Origin: Opitutia bacterium | GTDB taxonomy: Bacteria; Verrucomicrobiota; Verrucomicrobiia; Opitutales; T3Sed10-336 | Direction: 5' to 3' | Length of the DNA: 64,000 nucleotides | Assembly: GCA_003566885.1 (NCBI GenBank) | Contig: PXBO01000048.1 | Span: forward strand, 17,622 to 81,621 | In this document: positions 1 to 11,600 of the stretch, piece after piece | Numbering within the stretch: position 1 is the stretch's first letter | How the letters are laid out: every line of letters begins with the position of its first letter | Program-made: the position numbers and the translations under genes | Notes under the pieces: model-generated | The model's database searches: none | What the model was told of the DNA's origin: nothing | Seen by the model: only the letters and a program-made list of their open reading frames with translations

Positions 1-436
1 CCTGGCCGGGGAGAATTTCCCAGTGGTCGAAACCGGTGGGCTCGGTGACGAGGTGCCACTTGCCGATTAAAGCGGTTTCGTAGCCGGATTCGCCGAGGTA
101 TTTCGGGAAGGTGGGCTGCGAACCGTCGAACCGCGAACTGTTATCCATAAAGCCGTTGTGTACCGAATGCTTGCCGGTGAGAACCGATGCGCGGGACGGG
201 CCGCAGATGGAATTTGCGCAAAAGGAGTTTTTAAAGAGCGCACCCTCGGCGGCGAGCCGATCGATATTGGGTGTTTCGAAGTATTCGGCGTAGCGGCTGT
301 TGCCGTATGCGGTGATAGCTTGAAGGGCGTGGTCGTCGGAGAAGATGAAGACGATGTTGGGCCGCTGAGGTTGCGCACCGGCAAGCGGCGAGGCCGTTAT
401 GGCAAGAGTGGTGATGAGGATCGGAAGTTTACGCAT
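1..436 (-). CDS. Sulfatase (Cys-type), N-terminal part; the gene runs off the left edge of the window
   Basis: A reverse-strand ATG at 434-436 gives [37 protein letters not shown]...[18 protein letters not shown]. This shows a signal peptide, the SDDH metal-binding block and the C-x-P-S-R formylglycine motif. It is absent from the ORF track because it is open at position 1. Confidence 0.85.
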   Translation of the reverse strand, partial: MRKLPILITTLAITASPLAGAQPQRPNIVFIFSDDHALQAITAYGNSRYAEYFETPNIDRLAAEGALFKNSFCANSICGPSRASVLTGKHSVHNGFMDNSSRFDGSQPTFPKYLGESGYETALIGKWHLVTEPTGFDHWEILPGQ

Positions 437-778
437 AAAGTGTAGTGGCGGTTGCTGAGAACTCGAATGCTCGACCCTACCGCAAACACATTCTGAATGG
501 CTTCCTTCGCTACCATGGTGGCGTTAGGGATTCAATATACTATTAGCCCAATGCTCGGATCGTAAACCATAAAAAAGGAACACTCAACGGGGAATTCGTC
601 TGTTAATCTTCACAGTAAGGCCCGTAAGTACAAGCTTAGTCCCATAGAGGGATCTCGATTGATGTATCCATACCGGTTTTACGTCGTCTTCTGGGGTCTC
701 CCAGAAGATCAGGTCGTCGGTCAAACTGCTTTCGTAAGCGGAAAGCGAATCGAGCGGCATTCTCACTAAACTCGCCTA

Positions 779-2413
779 TTAGAACCGGTCTCCCCGGCCC
801 TCCCGGAGTTCGTTTAATAGCGCATAAAGCTTTTCGACTATTTCCGGAAATTCGTCGGCCAGATTGGTCGTTTCACCGGGGTCGTCCGCAAGATTGAACA
901 GATAGGGCTCGTTCCCGGTATGTACCGTGGTGCTCAGCGGATTGTCGTAGCGATTGTGCTTGTTGTCTACCCACGCCGGTACGTTCGTGGCCGGAATCAG
1001 TTTCCAATCGCCCTTGCGAATGCCGAAAGAGTTGATTGCCTGCTGCACCACGTGCTCCCGTCCCTCAATCGATCTGCCCAACCAGGCGTCCAGGTGATTC
1101 TGGCTGTCGACCGCGGCGTTTTCCGGCACTTCGACTCCGATCAAAACCGCCAAAGACGAAAGAAGGTCCACTTGGCTCAACATAGCCTCGGAGACCACAC
1201 CCTGTTCCGCTCCGCGCGGCCAGCTTAGGATGGTTGTTACCCGTGTGCCTCCCTCGTAGGCCAAATACTTTCCTCCGCGATACGGTCCACTGGCACGGTG
1301 GCCGTTGGCCTCCTCGACGGCCCCCTGGTAATAGCCATCCCAAAAGATCGGTCCGTTATCGCTGGTGAATAGGATCAAGGTATCCTCCCGAATGCCCAGT
1401 TCTTCCAGCGTGGCCAGCAGATCGCCGACCACCCAGTCAAGCTCCACCACATCATCCCCTCGCAAACCGGTTTCGCTCTTCCCGATAAAATCCGGATGCG
1501 GCAGGCGCGGATCATGGTTCTGGTGCATGGACATGAACAGGAAGAAGGGCTCCTGATGGTTTTCCTCGATGAAGGCACGCGAGCGGCGGGCGATCTCGTA
1601 GCCCATATCCTCGTCGTCCCACCAGGCCGATTGTCCGCCGTCCATGAAACCGATACGGCTCACGCCGTTGACGATCGTCCCGGAATGCTGCCGGTCGGCT
1701 TCGTAGCGCAATAACTCGGGATGACTGAGCCCGGTGGGCAGATCGCCGATGGGGCCGTCGTAACTCACCCGGATGGGATCGTCGTCCGGACTCCAGTCGT
1801 GCACCCGGTGACCGTCCACCCACACCGTCGGCACGCGGTCGTTGGTGGCGGGAATGATAAAGGACACGTTGAACCCCACTTCGATGGGTCCGGGTTTGAT
1901 CTCCGCGTTCCAATCGACGTCGCCATCGCCGATCCCCAAATGCCATTTCCCGATGACCGCGGTGCGGTACCCGGCTTCCTTCATGGCTTCGGCCATGGTA
2001 AACGTACCCGGCTCGATCACCATGGGCGCGTCGCCGGCCAGGATCTCGGCCTGAGGGTTGCGGAAGGCGTAATCGCCGGTCAACAGCGAGTAGCGGCTGG
2101 GGGTACAGGTCGACGCTGTGCAGTAAGCGCTGGTAAAACGCACCCCTTGCTCCGCCAGGCGGTCGATGTGCGGCGTGGGAATCAGCTCGGCGCCGTAGGC
2201 GCCGATATCGCCGTAGCCGACATCGTCGGCGTAGACGATGACGATATTCGGTCGCTTGACCTCAGCTTCGCCACCGTAACCGCTATCCGCCCGATGGGCG
2301 CAACCCGCAATCAAGCCCAACCCGGCCATTCCGGCCGCGACATAACACTTTGTGTTTTCCAAACGGAAGAGGCCTTGTCGAATTAGATGTACTGTGCCAA
2401 TTATATCATTCAT
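779..2413 (-). CDS. Sulfatase (arylsulfatase family, Cys-type), probable lipoprotein
   Basis: 544-aa ORF with PNIVIVYADDVGYGDIG and CTPSRYSLLTG (C-x-P-S-R) motifs. A LIAGC lipobox-like signal is present. It lies 22 nt downstream of the GH2-like gene on the same strand. Confidence 0.9.
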   Translation of the reverse strand: MNDIIGTVHLIRQGLFRLENTKCYVAAGMAGLGLIAGCAHRADSGYGGEAEVKRPNIVIVYADDVGYGDIGAYGAELIPTPHIDRLAEQGVRFTSAYCTASTCTPSRYSLLTGDYAFRNPQAEILAGDAPMVIEPGTFTMAEAMKEAGYRTAVIGKWHLGIGDGDVDWNAEIKPGPIEVGFNVSFIIPATNDRVPTVWVDGHRVHDWSPDDDPIRVSYDGPIGDLPTGLSHPELLRYEADRQHSGTIVNGVSRIGFMDGGQSAWWDDEDMGYEIARRSRAFIEENHQEPFFLFMSMHQNHDPRLPHPDFIGKSETGLRGDDVVELDWVVGDLLATLEELGIREDTLILFTSDNGPIFWDGYYQGAVEEANGHRASGPYRGGKYLAYEGGTRVTTILSWPRGAEQGVVSEAMLSQVDLLSSLAVLIGVEVPENAAVDSQNHLDAWLGRSIEGREHVVQQAINSFGIRKGDWKLIPATNVPAWVDNKHNRYDNPLSTTVHTGNEPYLFNLADDPGETTNLADEFPEIVEKLYALLNELREGRGDRF

Positions 2414-2435
2414 ATAAAAAATGGAAATAGGTGGT

Positions 2436-5400
2436 TCATTCCTTCAGCAGGACATCCAGTTCGGCCAGGCTGGCAAAGGGACTCTGGTGGCTCCTTGTCA
2501 CGTTTAGGCTTAAAGATTTCAAGCGAATTCCTTCCGGAAGTCTGACCGCGTAATTCAACGCATGGGCGGGTATTTCCGCCCGGGCGAGCTCGTTTCCATC
2601 GGAATCCAGAATCTCGATGTCCCGCACCTGGCCGTTTAAATTACCGTCTTGCCGCTGGCTCAAAACGATAGCGGAAACCGCCTGCTCTTCGGGAAAGCTC
2701 AGCGTCACCGTATGCGGGGGCCCGGGGCGCTGAGAGGAAAACTCGGTGTGCCAGATCGTGGAGGAATCGCCGTCCAAAACAGCCGACGCCGGATACCCCG
2801 GTTCTTCGCTCTCCGCACGCACGGTAGCTTGGAGGCGCCGGGCCACAGTCCCCGGACGTACCAACTTTCTCAGGTCCGCCGCATCCAAGGTGACGGACGG
2901 CGAAAAATCTTCGCCGTTCATGTAGTTGAGCAAGGACGCCCGAAGCTGTCGCGCCGCCGGACGTTGCTCAAGGTCCGAGACAAGATCGGCGCTACTGGCG
3001 ATCAATCGGCCGGCGCCCACATTCGCCTCGAACACCAAACCGACCCGGCGGTTGGTCGTCCAGTCGTCGATCATCTGCACCAGCGGCAAAAGATCGTGGT
3101 GTTCGGTCAGAATAAAGGGCTGGGCGCCCTTCTGGATTTCCCACCACTGCCAATTGGAGTGGAAATCAGTGGGGAAATCGCCGAAAGCCGGATGCTCCGG
3201 ATCAACCAACACTCCGAGCGTGTGGGGAGGCTGCCAGTTTGTGTAGGCGGTGTTCCAGAAAATCGGCGAAAAGCCCTGGATCAGGGGACGCTCGGGATCG
3301 TTCGCGATTCGGGAGGGCGACGGCAACCACAAGACCGACGCGCCTTTCTCCAACTCGGCCAGGGCGTCTTCGAGATCTTCGGTTATCACCACGTCCGTTT
3401 CGTGCTCTTCCAGTTCCGCCGGGTACACAAACACCTCCCAATGGTTGGAGAAGTCCTCGCCCACGGCCCCCACGGTCAGCGTCAGTTTGGCCGGCGCCAA
3501 ATCCGCCGGAAAATCGGCCCGTTTCAGCGAGACTGCGATCCGTCCGAGATCGTGGAGCGCAAACGGTTCGAAATCGCGGGCGGGAAGCGTACCCCGCGCG
3601 AGAGCGGAATCCCCGGCGGCGAGCTCCCAGCTGATTTCCAGATTCTCGAAACGGTCCGGCCCGAAATGCGAAAGCTGGAATTCCGCCTCGAATACGTCAT
3701 CGCTGGTAAAGACCATCCGCTCCATACGGGCGAGAGGCACCACCGGTCCGGAGAAACGATAAAACTCCTCGGCCGTGACGTAGCCCTTTTCATCCCAGAA
3801 AGCATCGACCACCCCGACCAGGGCCGTCCCCTGCCCCGGAAAGTCATTCAGATTCAAGAGCTGGAATCCGCCAAAATTATCCGTCCGCAGCGCGGTCTCA
3901 ATGTCGTGCTTGTAAGCGAGCACCTGTAATTTCCCCGAAGCCATGTGGAAGTCCCGCGCCTGGGGGAGCAGGCCGTGCCGCTCGGCGTAGGTTTTAAACA
4001 CCTCCAGGTTTTTCGGTTGAAAGAACCCGGTGAATTTCTCGATCTCATCGAAATTTGGATACGCGCACCACTGTCCGATTTCATGGGATACGATGGGAGC
4101 GGTGGGATTGCGACGCACCTGCTGGGACCAGTCGAAATCAGTCGACGGCGGCAGACTGTTCATCCGTGAATTCAAACCTTCTCCCCACCGGTGAAGCCGG
4201 GGACCCGGGATCGAATGGAAATCGGACCCGGGACGAGCCGGCCACCCGGCCCCGGTCGTGTAGAGGCGCCGCTCATCCCGATCCTGCCATTCGGCAACAA
4301 AGGCCTGCAACCAATCGGCGTGATTGGGCCCGTGGGGTTCGTTGCCGTGGGCGTAGAGCAGATAGCTCGGAGAATTTCCGTAATACTGCACCATCCGCTC
4401 CGTCTCCCGCCACACCCACTCGTCGAGAGGTTGGCCGCTGCCGATGAGAGCCCCGTCGTTCGCCCAGGTGGACGCTTCGACCTGGAAGTAAAACCCGAGC
4501 TCATCCGCCGCGATGAACGCCGCTTCCGGCGGACACCAGGAATGGAACCGGATGTGATTCAGCCCGAAATCTTTGCAGATTTGGATAATCCTGCGCCACG
4601 ATTCAACGTCCAGCGGAGGATGTCCGGTCAACGGAAAGATCGCGCATTCCAGCGTGCCGCGCAGAAACAAGGGACGGCCGTTGATGTGGAGTCGCCCGTC
4701 GCGCGATTCCACTTCGCGAAACCCGAACCGGGAGGTCCGGGTCTCCTTAACGCTTCCTTCGATCTCCAGCGCGGCCGAAATCTCATACAGGTGAGGATCG
4801 AATTCGTCCCAGAGCTTCGGGTCCTCTTCCAGGAGAAACCGAATCTCCCGGCTGAACTCTGCCGTGGAACCGTCGATGGCAACCGAGCCCCGGCCGACGA
4901 CGGTCTCGGGCGTGTCGCGGTGCGCCACTTCGACGGTCACCCTTCCATGCTCTCCAGCGTACCCATCCACCCTGACGCGGACTTCGCCACTGTTGCGCGG
5001 AAACACCTGAAGATTGTCGATCCGGTCCGTCGAACGTCGCCTCAATTCAAGAGCGCCGACCGTGCCGTTCCAATTGCCCTGGGTGTGGTCGGTGACACTG
5101 TGGGCCGAAGGGCCTGGATTCACGATATCGAGCGTGTTGTCGATGCGAAGAGTCAAGGTGTGTTTGCCGGGAGGCAAGGCTCCCAAGGTGAAATCGTGCG
5201 GCGTCCCGAGAGCTTCGCCGCCTCCTTTCCTTTCGCCGTTGACCCAGGCGGTCGTATGCCAGTGCGGGCGTTCGAGGTGAAGCCAGACATCGTCTCCCCG
5301 CCACTCCGCCGGAATCTCGATCTCGCGCTGATACCAGGCCGCGCCCACATAGTAACGCGGCGGTTGGAGGAAGAACGGAAACTTGAAGTTATTCGGATCC

Positions 5401-5669
5401 TGAAACTCCGTAAACATCTCCGGGTGGCGCCAGGTGTCGCCGGTCCACTCCGTCTCCATCGAAGGTTTTTCGCCGAAGCCCTGGGCGGTCACCACTCCGG
5501 GAAGTTCGATCACGTAAGGCAACCGCCAATCCGACGCGTCCTGATCGATGAGTTCCTTCTCAGGATCGAGTGCAAACTCCCACTCACCCGACAAATCGAG
5601 CTTATTCACTGCGCCATATGCCGTTAAGACGCTCATGCCTGTGAAGATCTGAAAAACACGCAATATCAT
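2436..5669 (-). CDS. GH2-like glycoside hydrolase with C-terminal F5/8 type C (discoidin) domain
   Basis: 1077-aa ORF. TIM-barrel block LNHIRFHSWCPPEAAF, acid/base-like HGNEPHG and nucleophile-like VSHEIGQW are present. The C-terminus SAVLDGDSSTIWHTEF is typical of discoidin domains. It is a paralog of 11978-15172. Confidence 0.85.
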   Translation of the reverse strand: MILRVFQIFTGMSVLTAYGAVNKLDLSGEWEFALDPEKELIDQDASDWRLPYVIELPGVVTAQGFGEKPSMETEWTGDTWRHPEMFTEFQDPNNFKFPFFLQPPRYYVGAAWYQREIEIPAEWRGDDVWLHLERPHWHTTAWVNGERKGGGEALGTPHDFTLGALPPGKHTLTLRIDNTLDIVNPGPSAHSVTDHTQGNWNGTVGALELRRRSTDRIDNLQVFPRNSGEVRVRVDGYAGEHGRVTVEVAHRDTPETVVGRGSVAIDGSTAEFSREIRFLLEEDPKLWDEFDPHLYEISAALEIEGSVKETRTSRFGFREVESRDGRLHINGRPLFLRGTLECAIFPLTGHPPLDVESWRRIIQICKDFGLNHIRFHSWCPPEAAFIAADELGFYFQVEASTWANDGALIGSGQPLDEWVWRETERMVQYYGNSPSYLLYAHGNEPHGPNHADWLQAFVAEWQDRDERRLYTTGAGWPARPGSDFHSIPGPRLHRWGEGLNSRMNSLPPSTDFDWSQQVRRNPTAPIVSHEIGQWCAYPNFDEIEKFTGFFQPKNLEVFKTYAERHGLLPQARDFHMASGKLQVLAYKHDIETALRTDNFGGFQLLNLNDFPGQGTALVGVVDAFWDEKGYVTAEEFYRFSGPVVPLARMERMVFTSDDVFEAEFQLSHFGPDRFENLEISWELAAGDSALARGTLPARDFEPFALHDLGRIAVSLKRADFPADLAPAKLTLTVGAVGEDFSNHWEVFVYPAELEEHETDVVITEDLEDALAELEKGASVLWLPSPSRIANDPERPLIQGFSPIFWNTAYTNWQPPHTLGVLVDPEHPAFGDFPTDFHSNWQWWEIQKGAQPFILTEHHDLLPLVQMIDDWTTNRRVGLVFEANVGAGRLIASSADLVSDLEQRPAARQLRASLLNYMNGEDFSPSVTLDAADLRKLVRPGTVARRLQATVRAESEEPGYPASAVLDGDSSTIWHTEFSSQRPGPPHTVTLSFPEEQAVSAIVLSQRQDGNLNGQVRDIEILDSDGNELARAEIPAHALNYAVRLPEGIRLKSLSLNVTRSHQSPFASLAELDVLLKE

Positions 5670-5997
5670 ATCGTTGAGGCTAAATTGAGTGCGGCCCTCT
5701 GGCTAAATCAGAATCCTGAATCGAGCCGCGCATCTATCGTATTTCAATTCAAAGCCGCCCCACATATCCGGGGAGTGTTTCAGAAACGCCATGGCAGTAT
5801 TTTCCTTTCGGTTTTTTCAGCGAGGTTTACAACGGTTTCGAGTGATTGTCAGTGCGGAATGCCCACCAACAACAATCGCTTCAACCCTAGCACGAGATCT
5901 CATCGGAAAAAATGGAAGCTATTCTGATATAACTGGACTATTTTATGGTTTTTTTCCGGATGCCTTAAATCCGACAGCCTTGACCTGGCCCGGTTGA

Positions 5998-6927
5998 ATG
6001 GAAAGGATGCCATTTCGCAAGATGCCGAAAATTCGTGAAGGCTTCCCATTCCAACGGCTTGTGCGTCGCTCGCACGAGTGGCGCCAAATCGCATTGGCTC
6101 ATCCCGTCTCACGGCTTTTCTGCATTACCGACATCGGCCATTTTCCCGACACCCGTTTCCACTGGGTCGATCGCGAATCGGGAACCAAAGAACATATCAT
6201 GATCTACAATCGGACCGGAGTGGGACGCGCATTCATCGGCAAACGTTCCTGGACGGTTCCTCCCCAACATATTCTGGTAATCCCCAAAGACGTGCCCCAC
6301 AGTTACGGCAGCGACGAATCGGCTCCCTGGAGTATTTACTGGTTGCATTTTGCAGGCAGACAAGCCAAACAGCTTCTGGAGCTTCTTGGGGTTTCAGGCA
6401 ACCGGCCGCTCCTCCCGGTGCGGGAGATCGAAGGCCTGCTGCCTCTGTTCGAGTCGGCGCTCGAAGTCGCGTCGCAAACGCCCGCCCCCGAAGACGCGCA
6501 CCTGCTGAGCGAACAACTTCTGCACCTGGTCAACACGCTCCAGAAAGGCATCCAGGAACATGATCGGCCCGAACCGAGAATCGATCCTCGCATCGAAGCG
6601 GCCATGATTTTCATGCGGGCGAACCTCAACCGATCCTGCTCACTCGGTGAAATCGCCGGGGCCGCCGGTCTTTCGGTGCCCCAGTTCTCCACCCTTTTCC
6701 GGTACCACGCCGGAACCTCTCCCCTGCGGTTTTTCACCCGTTGGCGGATGCAACGGGCGGCGCAGTGGCTGGAAGAAAGCAACGACCCGGTCAATCAGAT
6801 CGCCGAGAGAATCGGTTACGACGATTCTTTCTATTTCTGCAGGGTCTTCCGCCAACACGTCAGTGTATCTCCTCGCCAATACCGCAAGCAGATTCAAAAC
6901 AGAGGCGAATCGAAAACAATGCGTTGA
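5998..6927 (+). CDS. AraC-family transcriptional regulator (N-terminal cupin-like sensor, C-terminal HTH)
   Basis: 309-aa ORF. The C-terminal block LSVPQFSTLFRYHAGTSPLRFFTRWRMQRAAQWLEESNDPVNQIAERIGYDDSFYFCRVFRQHVSVSPRQYR matches the AraC/XylS double HTH. Confidence 0.9.
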   Translation: MERMPFRKMPKIREGFPFQRLVRRSHEWRQIALAHPVSRLFCITDIGHFPDTRFHWVDRESGTKEHIMIYNRTGVGRAFIGKRSWTVPPQHILVIPKDVPHSYGSDESAPWSIYWLHFAGRQAKQLLELLGVSGNRPLLPVREIEGLLPLFESALEVASQTPAPEDAHLLSEQLLHLVNTLQKGIQEHDRPEPRIDPRIEAAMIFMRANLNRSCSLGEIAGAAGLSVPQFSTLFRYHAGTSPLRFFTRWRMQRAAQWLEESNDPVNQIAERIGYDDSFYFCRVFRQHVSVSPRQYRKQIQNRGESKTMR

Positions 6928-7038
6928 TTTTTTTGAGGGCGGGCGGCTTCATCAGATTGTCCAGTTTTTTCATGATATCGTCTATTCCCCGCGGGGTGCC
7001 GCTCACTTATAGTGAACGGTTGAAGCAATGGTAATTTA

Positions 7039-8613
7039 ATGGAAATCACTCCGTTTGACATCGTAGTGTTCATCGGCTTTTTCGTCGTTGTCGTCTCGTT
7101 CAGCCTTTGGAAGAGTCGCGGAACGATTCGGCACAGCGCCAACACTTCCGACTACTTCCTGGCCGGGCGGCGGCTGACCTGGCCGCTGATCGGAATTTCC
7201 ATTGTCGCGGCGAATATTTCCTCCGAACAGATGATCGGGATGTCAGGCGAGGGCGCCGGCGCGAGCGGCCTGGCGGTGAGCTCCTGGCAGTTGATGGGCT
7301 CGGTGTTCATCGTGCTCATTTCTTTCACTCTCCTGCCGCGCTTTCTGCGGGCCGGAATCCACACCATGCCCCAGTTCCTCGAATTCCGTTACAACACCGC
7401 CGCGAGAACCGTCATGGCGGTGCTGACCGTGATCATCTACGTCGGAGTCCTCCTGACGGCCGTCCTCTACACCGGCGCGACGGCGCTCAACGTTATCCTC
7501 GGCGTCCCGATGGTTCACGCAGTGTGGATCGTGGGCGCGATCGGAACCCTTTATGCGGCATCCGGAGGCTTGAAGGCCATCGCCTACGCCGACCTGATCC
7601 AGGGTCTGGCGCTGTTGGCCGGGGGACTGTTGATTTTCTTTTTGTCCCTCAACGCCGTCGGAGGTTGGGGCGCCTTCACCGCCGAACACTCCGACCAATT
7701 GCGAATGGTTCTACCGTCCGACCATCCCGCCCTGCCGTGGCACACGATCGTATTCGGGATGTGGATCGTCATGATTTACTACTGCGGCCTGAATCAGTTC
7801 ATCGTCCAGCGAAACCTGGCCGCGAAAACCCTGAAGCACGGCCAGCTCGGAATGATTTTCGCCGGTGGTCTCTGGCTGTTGGTGCCCTTCGCGATCGTGA
7901 TGCCGGGAATCATGGCCAGCGGTCTCTATCCGGATGCTGTGGCGGAACAGGCGGACCGCGCGTACCCAATGCTGATCCGAGAACTGGCCGGACCGGGCAC
8001 CCGCGCGTTCATTTTTGCGGCCATCGCCGGAGCCATCGTCAGCACACTCGCTTCTATGCTGAACTCGGCGTCCACCATTGCGACCATCGACGTTTACCAG
8101 CGGCTGATTTCTCCGAATGCTTCCCAGAAACACCTGGTTCGACTCGGGCGGATTCTGACCGTGGTTTTCGTCATCATCGCCTGCCTGACCGCTCCGCTGC
8201 TTACGGACCGGGTTTTCATGTTCATCCAGCAATTCCAGGGCTTCATCTGGCCGGGCGTCGTGGCTGCGTTCCTCGGGGCCTTCATCCTGCCCCGCGCACC
8301 GGCCATGGCAGGCGTCACCGCGCTGGTTCTCGGACCGGTGCTCTACGCCTTGTTTCAGTTGCTTACGCAACAGGGGCTTTTCAGCCGCATCCTCGACGAG
8401 CCGGTTTTCGAAATGCATTTCCTCATGCAGGTGCTGTTCTGCTTCGGCATCATTCTCGGCGTCATGATCCTGATGACCCTGATCCGACCGCTCCGCGCAC
8501 CCCGCGTGCTTCCCGTCCGAGAGGAGATGAACGTGCGCACGGAACCGGTGGTCAGGGTCGCCGGCGGCGCGGTACTGGCGGGGGTCGCCCTGTTTTTCAT
8601 TATCTTCTGGTAA
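7039..8613 (+). CDS. Sodium:solute symporter (SSS/SGLT family)
   Basis: 524-aa polytopic ORF. It carries SDYFLAGRRLTWPLIGISIVAANISSEQMIGMSGEG and YYCGLNQFIVQR blocks characteristic of SSS transporters. Confidence 0.9.
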   Translation: MEITPFDIVVFIGFFVVVVSFSLWKSRGTIRHSANTSDYFLAGRRLTWPLIGISIVAANISSEQMIGMSGEGAGASGLAVSSWQLMGSVFIVLISFTLLPRFLRAGIHTMPQFLEFRYNTAARTVMAVLTVIIYVGVLLTAVLYTGATALNVILGVPMVHAVWIVGAIGTLYAASGGLKAIAYADLIQGLALLAGGLLIFFLSLNAVGGWGAFTAEHSDQLRMVLPSDHPALPWHTIVFGMWIVMIYYCGLNQFIVQRNLAAKTLKHGQLGMIFAGGLWLLVPFAIVMPGIMASGLYPDAVAEQADRAYPMLIRELAGPGTRAFIFAAIAGAIVSTLASMLNSASTIATIDVYQRLISPNASQKHLVRLGRILTVVFVIIACLTAPLLTDRVFMFIQQFQGFIWPGVVAAFLGAFILPRAPAMAGVTALVLGPVLYALFQLLTQQGLFSRILDEPVFEMHFLMQVLFCFGIILGVMILMTLIRPLRAPRVLPVREEMNVRTEPVVRVAGGAVLAGVALFFIIFW

Positions 8614-8640
8614 TCGTCATTGATCTCAATTTCCTGAATT

Positions 8641-11600
8641 ATGCCTGGAGTCACCGCAAATCTGGAACACCGTGTGATTCCGACCTATCCGGTCGGCATC
8701 CCCGAGAAAAATCCGCTTTTCTTCGAGAAGCGTGTCTACCAGGGCTCCTCCGGAAAGGTTTACCCGATTCCGTTCATCGACAAAGTCCACGACCAGCCGG
8801 TCGACACCACCTACCGGACGGTCAGGCTCGAGAACGACTTCGTCCGCCTGGTGCTGCTGCCGGAAATCGGCGGCCGCATCTATACCGGGCAGGACAAAAC
8901 CAACGGCGATTACGATTTTTTCTACCGCAACGATGTCATCAAGCCCGCCCTGGTCGGGCTCGCCGGTCCGTGGATCTCCGGCGGCGTCGAGTTCAACTGG
9001 CCGCAACACCACCGGCCCGGCACCTTTCTGCCGACCGATCATTGGATCGAGGAGGAAGCCGACGGCGCCAGAACCGTCTGGATGTCGGAACACGATGCCT
9101 TCAATCGCATGAAGGGCATGCACGGGGTGCGCCTGCGCCCCGACTCTTCCCTCATCGAACTTCGGGTCCGCCTCTACAACCGCACCCCGCTCACCCAGAC
9201 CTTCCTTTGGTGGGCCAACGTGGCCGCCGCGGTCCACGACGCCTACCAGTCGTTTTTTCCGGCCGACGTCGATTACGTGGCAGACCATGCCGTCCGCGCC
9301 ATGACGAGCTTCCCCCAAGCTTCGGGGCATTACTACGGAGTCGATTACTCGAAACGCCCGGAACGGAACGATATTTCCTGGTACAAGAACATTCCGGTGC
9401 CGATGTCGTACATGGTGTGCCAGACGCGTTTCGACTTTTTCGGAGGGTACGATTTCGCCAAGGACGGCGGCTTCGTCCATGTCGCCGACCGCCACCTAGC
9501 ACCGGGGAAGAAGCAGTGGACCTGGGGCAACCACGAGTTCGGCTGGTCCTGGGATCGCGAGCTGACCGACGCCAACGGCCCTTACGTGGAACTGATGGCC
9601 GGGGTGTACACCGACAACCAGCCTGATTTCACTTATATCCTCCCCTACGAAACCAAGACCTTTTCGCAATTCTGGTGGCCGCTGCAAAGAATCGGTCCGG
9701 TCCAGCAGGCCGACAAAACCGCCGCTTTGCGCCTCGCGGTCGAAGAAGACCGGACCATCGACATCGGCGCCTGCGCCTCGCGGCCCTTGTCCGGAGTCGG
9801 GATCCTGCTCCAGCAGGGAGACCGGACTTTGCTCTCGGAAACCGCTGATCTGCGGCCGGGCCAATCCTGGAGAAACCGGTCGTTGTCCTTTTCCGGGGAA
9901 TCGCCCTGCGAACTGCGCCTCTCCCTGCTCGACGGCTCGGGGAAAACGCTGCTCGCGTACCGCCCGGTCGACCGGTCGAGACTCACCCGCGACCGGAAAA
10001 CGGCGACCGAACCGCCGGCGCCTTCGGACATCGCCTCCATCGACGAACTCTACTTCACCGGCGAACACCTCGAACAATACCGTCACGCCACCCGCGCTCC
10101 GGAGCGGTATTGGCGGGAAGCCCTGCGACGCGACCCGCGAGACGTCCGATGCCACACCGCTCTCGGGCGCCGGGCCTTGCGCGAGGGACGGTTCGCGACG
10201 GCCGGAGAACACTTCGATAAAGCCATCGAACGTTTGACCTTCCGCCACCCGAATCCGGCCACCGGCGAGGCCCATTATTTCAGTGGCGTGGCCGCCGGCT
10301 TTGTCAACGACACGGACAAAGCCCGCGAGCGCTTGAACAAAGCCACGTGGAATTACGAATGGCGGTCGGCCGCGCACTACCAACTCGCCTGTATCGAAGC
10401 CCGGCACGACGATTACGAACGCGCCGCGGAGCACCTGGACCAATCCCTGAGCACCAACGCCGGCAACAACAAAGCCCGCGTCCTCAAAGCGGTCCTTCTG
10501 CGCCATGCAGGTGATGCGGAGGGCGCCCGCGACGTCCTTTCCGCGCTCCTCGCCGAGGACCCCCTGGACCATTGGGCCCGTTGGGAAAGCGCTCTGACCG
10601 ACAACCAACGCGAAGCCTTTTTCGAACTCACGCGCAACGACGCCCAAACGATTCTCGACCTCGCCTTCGATTACGCGGATGCCGGGTTTTTCGCGGACGC
10701 CGCCGCTTTGCTCGAAGCCCATCACGCCGCTCCGGTGACCCCGGTCGCGGTCCCGAACCCGTCGGAGCGCACGCCGATGACCCGGTACGCGCTGGCGTGG
10801 TTGCGGAACGACCCGGCCCTGCTTCCGGAGAAGCCGGCGTCCGACCGTTTCTTCCCCAGCCGCCTCCACGAGCAGTTGGTGCTGGAATGGGCGCTTTCGA
10901 CCGGAAGGCCGGATCCCGTCGCCGCCTACGGCTACGGCAACTTCCTTTACGACCTGAAGCGACGCGAGGAAGCGATCGCCGCCTGGGAACGGTCGGCCCG
11001 GGAAGGCGCCGATTGGGGGGCGGTCCACCGCAATCTGGGCATCGCCCATTGGAATTGCCGCGGCGACGGCGACGGCGCCCGCAACGCCTACGAAAAAGCC
11101 ATTCGGTTGGATCCCTCCGACGCGCGACTGGTCGCGGAATTCGACCAGCTCCGGGCGAAGCTCAACGAACCGCTCGCTGGGCGCCTGGCGTTTCTCGAAG
11201 AGCACAAGGATCTCGTCCTCGAACGCGACGACTGCACTGTCGCGCTGACCCGGCTGTACAACCTCACCGGGCGTCCGCAGGACGCTCTGGACCTTCTCGT
11301 TTCCCGCCGCTTTCACCCATGGGAGGGAGGCGAAGGCGCGGTCCTGGCGCAATACACCAACGCCCACCTGCTCCTCGGACGCCAAGCCCTGGAACAATGC
11401 GCACCCGAGGCCGCGTACGGGCATTTCATCCAGGCAATGGATACGCCTCGGTCTCTTGGGGAGGCCTACCATCTGCTGCAAGCCAAAGCCAACGTCAATT
11501 ACTGGATCGGCCGCAGCCTGCAAGCGAAGGGGCAAGCCGCGAAGGCCGTGGAATACTTTGAAATGGCGGCGTCGGAAGAAGGCGATTTCGCGGAAATGGC

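Noticed and set aside
584-766. 60-aa ORF in the lower-GC 340-nt spacer between the two sulfatase genes
   Set aside because: I recognise no family and see no clear RBS. It could be a real small gene or a remnant, but I cannot support it from sequence alone.
2649-5627. 426-aa and 478-aa plus-strand ORFs inside the first GH2-like gene
   Set aside because: They are antisense shadow ORFs. The minus-strand frame has the GH2 and discoidin motifs.
7107-9626. 839-aa ORF spanning the SSS and DUF5107 genes in another frame
   Set aside because: Its composition is extremely Arg/Pro/Gly/His-rich, as expected for an off-frame reading of GC-rich coding DNA. It overlaps two genes with clear family signatures.
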